64,000 nt of DNA, from NCBI RefSeq assembly GCF_009914755.1, contig NC_060937.1; one strand, 5' to 3'. Shown piece after piece: positions 59,400-64,000 of the stretch; the stretch's first letter is position 1; the number at the start of each line of letters is the position of its first letter. The translations under genes were made by a program, and so were the position numbers. The DNA is from the human T2T-CHM13v2.0 reference genome, Homo sapiens. Below the pieces are notes generated by a model. It saw only the letters and a list, made by a program, of their open reading frames with translations, did not search any database and was not told where the DNA came from.

Positions 59400-60010
59400 T
59401 GAGCTTTCTGAACAGTTCACTTTCTGAGTTGCTTTCTCCTTTCTCCCCGCTCCTCTCTTCTCCTCCAGCCACTGTGGCCTCCTTCACTCTTCCTCAGGGT
59501 TTTCACACTTGCTGTGCCCTCTGCCTGGAATGCTCTCCCTCTAGACAGTGCATGGCTGCCTCTTGCCCTCCCTTCCAGACTTTTCTCTGTCACCTTGCTC
59601 AGTGAGACCTTTATCCAAAATTATTATTCCTCCCCCAACCACATACACACTCTTTCTGTCCCCCTCCCAGTATTAGTGTTCCTTCAGCACTTATCACTAA
59701 CACATACATTTTTGCTTTTCTACCTTATTTATCATCTTTCTATTCCATGAGGGCAGAGAGAATAACAAGCAAACATGTATGTAGCACTCGTCCTACACCA
59801 GACACTGCTCTAAGCTCTTTACAGGAACTGACTCATGTAGTCCTCACAGTTCCCCTAACGAGGAAGGTACCATTCTTATTCCCATTTTACACGGAAGAAA
59901 GCCAAGCCCCCATGGTTCAATAATTTGCCAGAATTCACAGAGCTGGCCATGGAAAAGCCAGGGTTCAGCCAGTCTGGTTCCACACCCCTGCTGTCAGCCA
60001 CTAAGTTAGA
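59400..60010 (-). mobile_element. L2 fragment followed by a MIR
   Basis: ttgctgtgccctctgcctggaatgctctccc (L2); tcctcacagttccc...attcccattttacacggaag (MIR). Confidence 0.65.
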
Positions 60011-63000
60011 ATTGCCTGCCAACTCTCCTGCTGGATCCTGGCACCTGGATCCATGCCTGGCAGAGTACCACACAATATCCATTTGCTGAATGAAAGAATG
60101 AATGCCCATGGTTAACCTTCGCCCAGAAACCTTACTGGAGAGGAAAATGCATCCATGGACTAACCAGAGGATAATTCCCAGGGAGCTTGTCAGTATGAAA
60201 GCTAGAAGGAGGCAGGTGCTGCCACCCCCACGGCAGCTATCTTGTCCATGACTGCCGTTAGCGCTGATGAGAGGCAGGCGGACGATTCAGTGTACCCCCC
60301 ACCACCACCCCCGCTTCCATGAGCACTGCTGCTCCTTTCTTTTCTCTTGTTTCTAAGTTCTCCAGCTCCGATGGCTTCGTCCCCACCCTCTAATTGGTGT
60401 GTTGCTTTATATAGTGTGCTTATGATATGCTTAAGGTAAGTTGACATTTGTGAAGAGCACCCTTTAAATCTCACTTGACATTCAGGTTAGTGTCGAGTGG
60501 CCTTCATTGTCCGAAACCCTTGGGCTACCCTCCTCGGCTGCTTCCAAATGGACATCTCAGACGACAATACCCACCCAGCCCTCCCACTGCCCCAGAAGAG
60601 GCTTGTGAATCTTAGGGGACCTGGGAGAAATTTCAGAGTAATACTAATTACTGTCATGGTAATAAAAACCTCTCTTACTTTATGGCATTTTGTTCTACAC
60701 AGTATCTCAGGTTAGTCATTCTTCTTTCCTAGAGGCCTATAAAAGCCAGACACACCTCCCTGTTTGAGGTGGGTTAGACCATAGAGACTATGAAACAGAA
60801 TAGGTTACAGCTGAAGTTACCTGTTGGTGTTAAGATGAGAAACTGAACCCCCGGTGTCGTGCCTCCCAGCCTGTCTGCATGTAACTCCAGTCAGTAGACA
60901 TTTGCACGTGCTGCTGTCTACAGTCTTACTCATTTTACGGCCGCTTTATACATCTCAAACCTGGTATGAATACCAGCTTGTTCTGTGCCTCTGTATCTAT
61001 GGGCTATTCATTCCCAGTTTTACACAGAACACGTTTATACCCATATTTACCAAAGGCCTCTGATCTGAAGGTCTGAGTTGGTTGAGACGACACCAGAAGG
61101 TGAGGAGGAGACGTAAGAGGTGGTCCGCAGGCAGGAGACCCTGAACGAAGCCTCTCGTGATGGTGCCCTGGAGCTGAGGCACGGCTGAGGGGAGCATCTC
61201 CACTCAGGGGCCAGGACGCCTCGCTGAGGCCTCACCTATGCAGAAGCATGTGCCGAGAGATGTGCTTCACCTCTTTTTAAAGCCGGGACACGGCGGCCTT
61301 TTAGAGATTTCAAACTGGAGCGATGAAAGGAAAGAAGCCCTTGACTTTTCCACACGAAAATGACTTACATAAGCTACCTGGGCATAATTCAAACACGCTC
61401 TGTTGTATGAGAGCCCTGCGCTCTGTTCATGATCCTTTATGATAGCAAAAGCCATTTATTTATTTACTCATTCACCTGTGCAAAGAATATCTATGGAATG
61501 TGCATTGTATGTACGCAAAGCACCATGACAGGATACTGCAAGAGATACTAAGATTTATAAAATGTGGGCTTGCTTATCTATCCATTGAGGAAGCTTCGAG
61601 ATAAGTGCCCAAGGAACTGTCACACAGGTGAGAAATGCAGACAGGGTGTGGAGGAATTGAGAGTTTCACATCTTATCCTCACAGCTGGAAATGTCAGAAA
61701 TCATATCTGAATGCTTTACATTTGACTGAATCTTTCCAACACAAACCCATTGGTTTGGGGGAACCGGAGAGTGAAGCCTGTGAATTATTCAGGCCCCTGA
61801 TTCTGCTCCTGCTGCAGAACGTTGGCTGTTTCCCCAGGCTTCAGTTTCCCTAGCAGAGAACATGCAGGAAGTGAGGAAGATGAAATGCACCCCAGGCCAA
61901 CAGTCTAACTACCAGATAGAATCAGTGTTTCTGTTTAGTGGGAGAGGAGACTCAAGGGTGTGACTGAGATGGAGATTAGGATGATCCGTGGTTTCAGGGT
62001 CCATGGTGGACTCTCCACTCTTGGGGCCTCCTTCTCAGGGACGGTTGCATTGGGCAATGCTAACCCCACAGATAACGACATCTCTGTCCTTCTGGAACCT
62101 TAAAAATCAGGTTCACTGGCCTGGCATCTCCTCATGACCCAGTGGCCCCCAACATCTGGCAGCAGGGGCAGGTGCTGCTTCAGTTCTGACACGCAGGATT
62201 TTCTGAGGCCGCAAATATCACTTTACTCAAATTGGGACTCGCCGGCCGAGGCAGGCTGACCTCCGGCTTTGCAGCAGCACCTCCGTCGTGACAAAGCCAG
62301 CCAGAGCTGCTTCTTGCTTGGCCCCCCGCCATCTCACAGGGCATGGGCTGGCTCTCTGCCCACGGCATGTGCTCCGGCTACACAGGTGGGTCACTTGGAG
62401 AACTGGTTAGAACACCGCTTCTCAGCCTGCCCTGACACTAATTGAATCAGAATCACTGATGAGGCCTGGCAGCGGGTTGTTTTTGGGCCCTCCCAGGGAA
62501 TTTCTGTGTACAGCCAGGGCCCAGAACCGCAAGCATCACGGGAGCTGCAGGACCCTGCTGGCTCGAGTTAAGGACCTGAGGGAGGGGCGCTGAGGGGGAC
62601 CTGAGGGGGTGGTGTTGCCTCTTGGCTTTCTTAAGTGAGTTTAAAGACAAGGTATAACTCTTATTTTAAAGGTGCAATTATAAAGGTGTTTAACATGTGA
62701 AAGCCAGCTCTCCTTCTGTAGCAAGCTGCACATTAACAGATGCCAAATTGCCACAGCTTCCCTTTGTCAAAGCACGCAAAACAGACTCACTGTAAACACA
62801 CATGCATTTTCCTTTTTTGCCCCAAACATGTTCGGCCCAGCTTCCAGCCCTAGTTTCTGGGCTGCCTTTGGCTGTCCCCACACATAGGCAGCCACAGAGC
62901 CTGGCATGCAAAGATCAGGCTTGTGACCTTTGACCCATTCCTCCAAGACCCTAAGTTTGTCTTACTCCACAACTTGCTCCAGAGCCACTCACTTCAGGGA

Positions 63001-64000
63001 CTGCCAGTCTGGATGCATGATGATTCTGCTCCATCAAGTCTCAGCAGAGATTCCTCCTCCATAGGGAGCAGCAGAGCTCAGCCTTTGGAGTTTAAATTTG
63101 CTTTGTCTCATATCCAGGATACACCTTCTATGCTTTCGTAAGGAAATCATTTTAGACTAAATGACTAAAGGAAGAGCATCCCAGGATTAATCCAAATTCA
63201 CAGAGGCCACTTTGTCCCTCATCTGCATTATGCCTCCTTAGCCCTCCTGCAGAGCAGGCTCATAGCTGCCATGCAGCGGAAACCACATTCTCTCTAATCA
63301 AATAGAAAGAGATCCCTGGGGGCCCTTGTCTCTCAGCACCAGAGCCTGCCATCACAGCCCAGAGGTTCCATGCTCCGGGAGGAGGCGGTGCAGTGGAGAT
63401 GGCGCCTCTGTCAACACCTGCCTGTGTGGAGGGCTGCAGAGGGGCAAAGGCACAGCCCCGCATGGGATGACAGCAGACTGGGAGCTCTGGCATGGCTCTG
63501 AGCCGGTGTCCAGGATACTGTAAGCCTGGACCAAGTGAAGGAGGGCCCCCTCGTTATCTAAAAAGGAAAGTCATTAAGAGCGTGGGAGAGAGTGGGCCTG
63601 GGCAGCCTCCCTCTCTCTCATCCCATGTAGGATGGGCGCAAATGGGAGTTTAATCTGGTTTGGGTTTAATGAGTAAAGCTGAGACAATGTAAAACACACG
63701 TTTCTTCATTTGAAATCTAAGTCTTCTCTAAGTGACTTGCCAAAGCCCTAGATCATTGCATTTTGTAAATGGCTAAATGAAGTCAACCCACAGCTGTATT
63801 CTTACCTGTCTGAGAGGGTGGTCTTCCAACCCTGTGCTCTGCTGTCCGTCAGCCCAGCTGAATAGCAGGCAGCTGCGGGAATGGAGTCGTGTCACAGGGA
63901 ACAGCTGGTTTTCCATAGAACGAGGACTACTGCCGTGTTGACAGACACCTCCATGGCCCAGCCCAGAACTCTGTCTCTGAGGAGGGAGGAGGACAGCCCA

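Overview
This is primate (human-like) genomic DNA, nearly all intronic, from the + strand MTUS2 gene (TIP150/CAZIP, a microtubule-associated coiled-coil scaffold). I recognised the gene from its peptide sequence. Three coding exons splice in frame through GT-AG sites: an internal alternative first exon in a CpG-rich promoter (ATG 7769-7822, MGHCCCKPYNCLQCLDKT), a 67-nt exon (18906-18972, NESALVKEKELSIELANIRDEV) and a 215-nt coiled-coil exon (59087-59301). The rest is intron filled with about 22 Alus, L1/L2/MIR fragments, MaLR and MER21 LTRs, and Tigger/hAT DNA transposons. Almost all other supplied ORFs are repeat-derived or random. I found no convincing new biological system. The best leads are a likely myristoylated/palmitoylated N-terminus of the short isoform, its uORFs, a candidate in-frame 39-nt micro-exon, an in-frame alternative acceptor, a pair of opposed CTCF-like motifs, a templated insertion copied from 2.5 kb away, and two local duplications. 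Repeat subfamily calls and boundaries were made by eye and are approximate.
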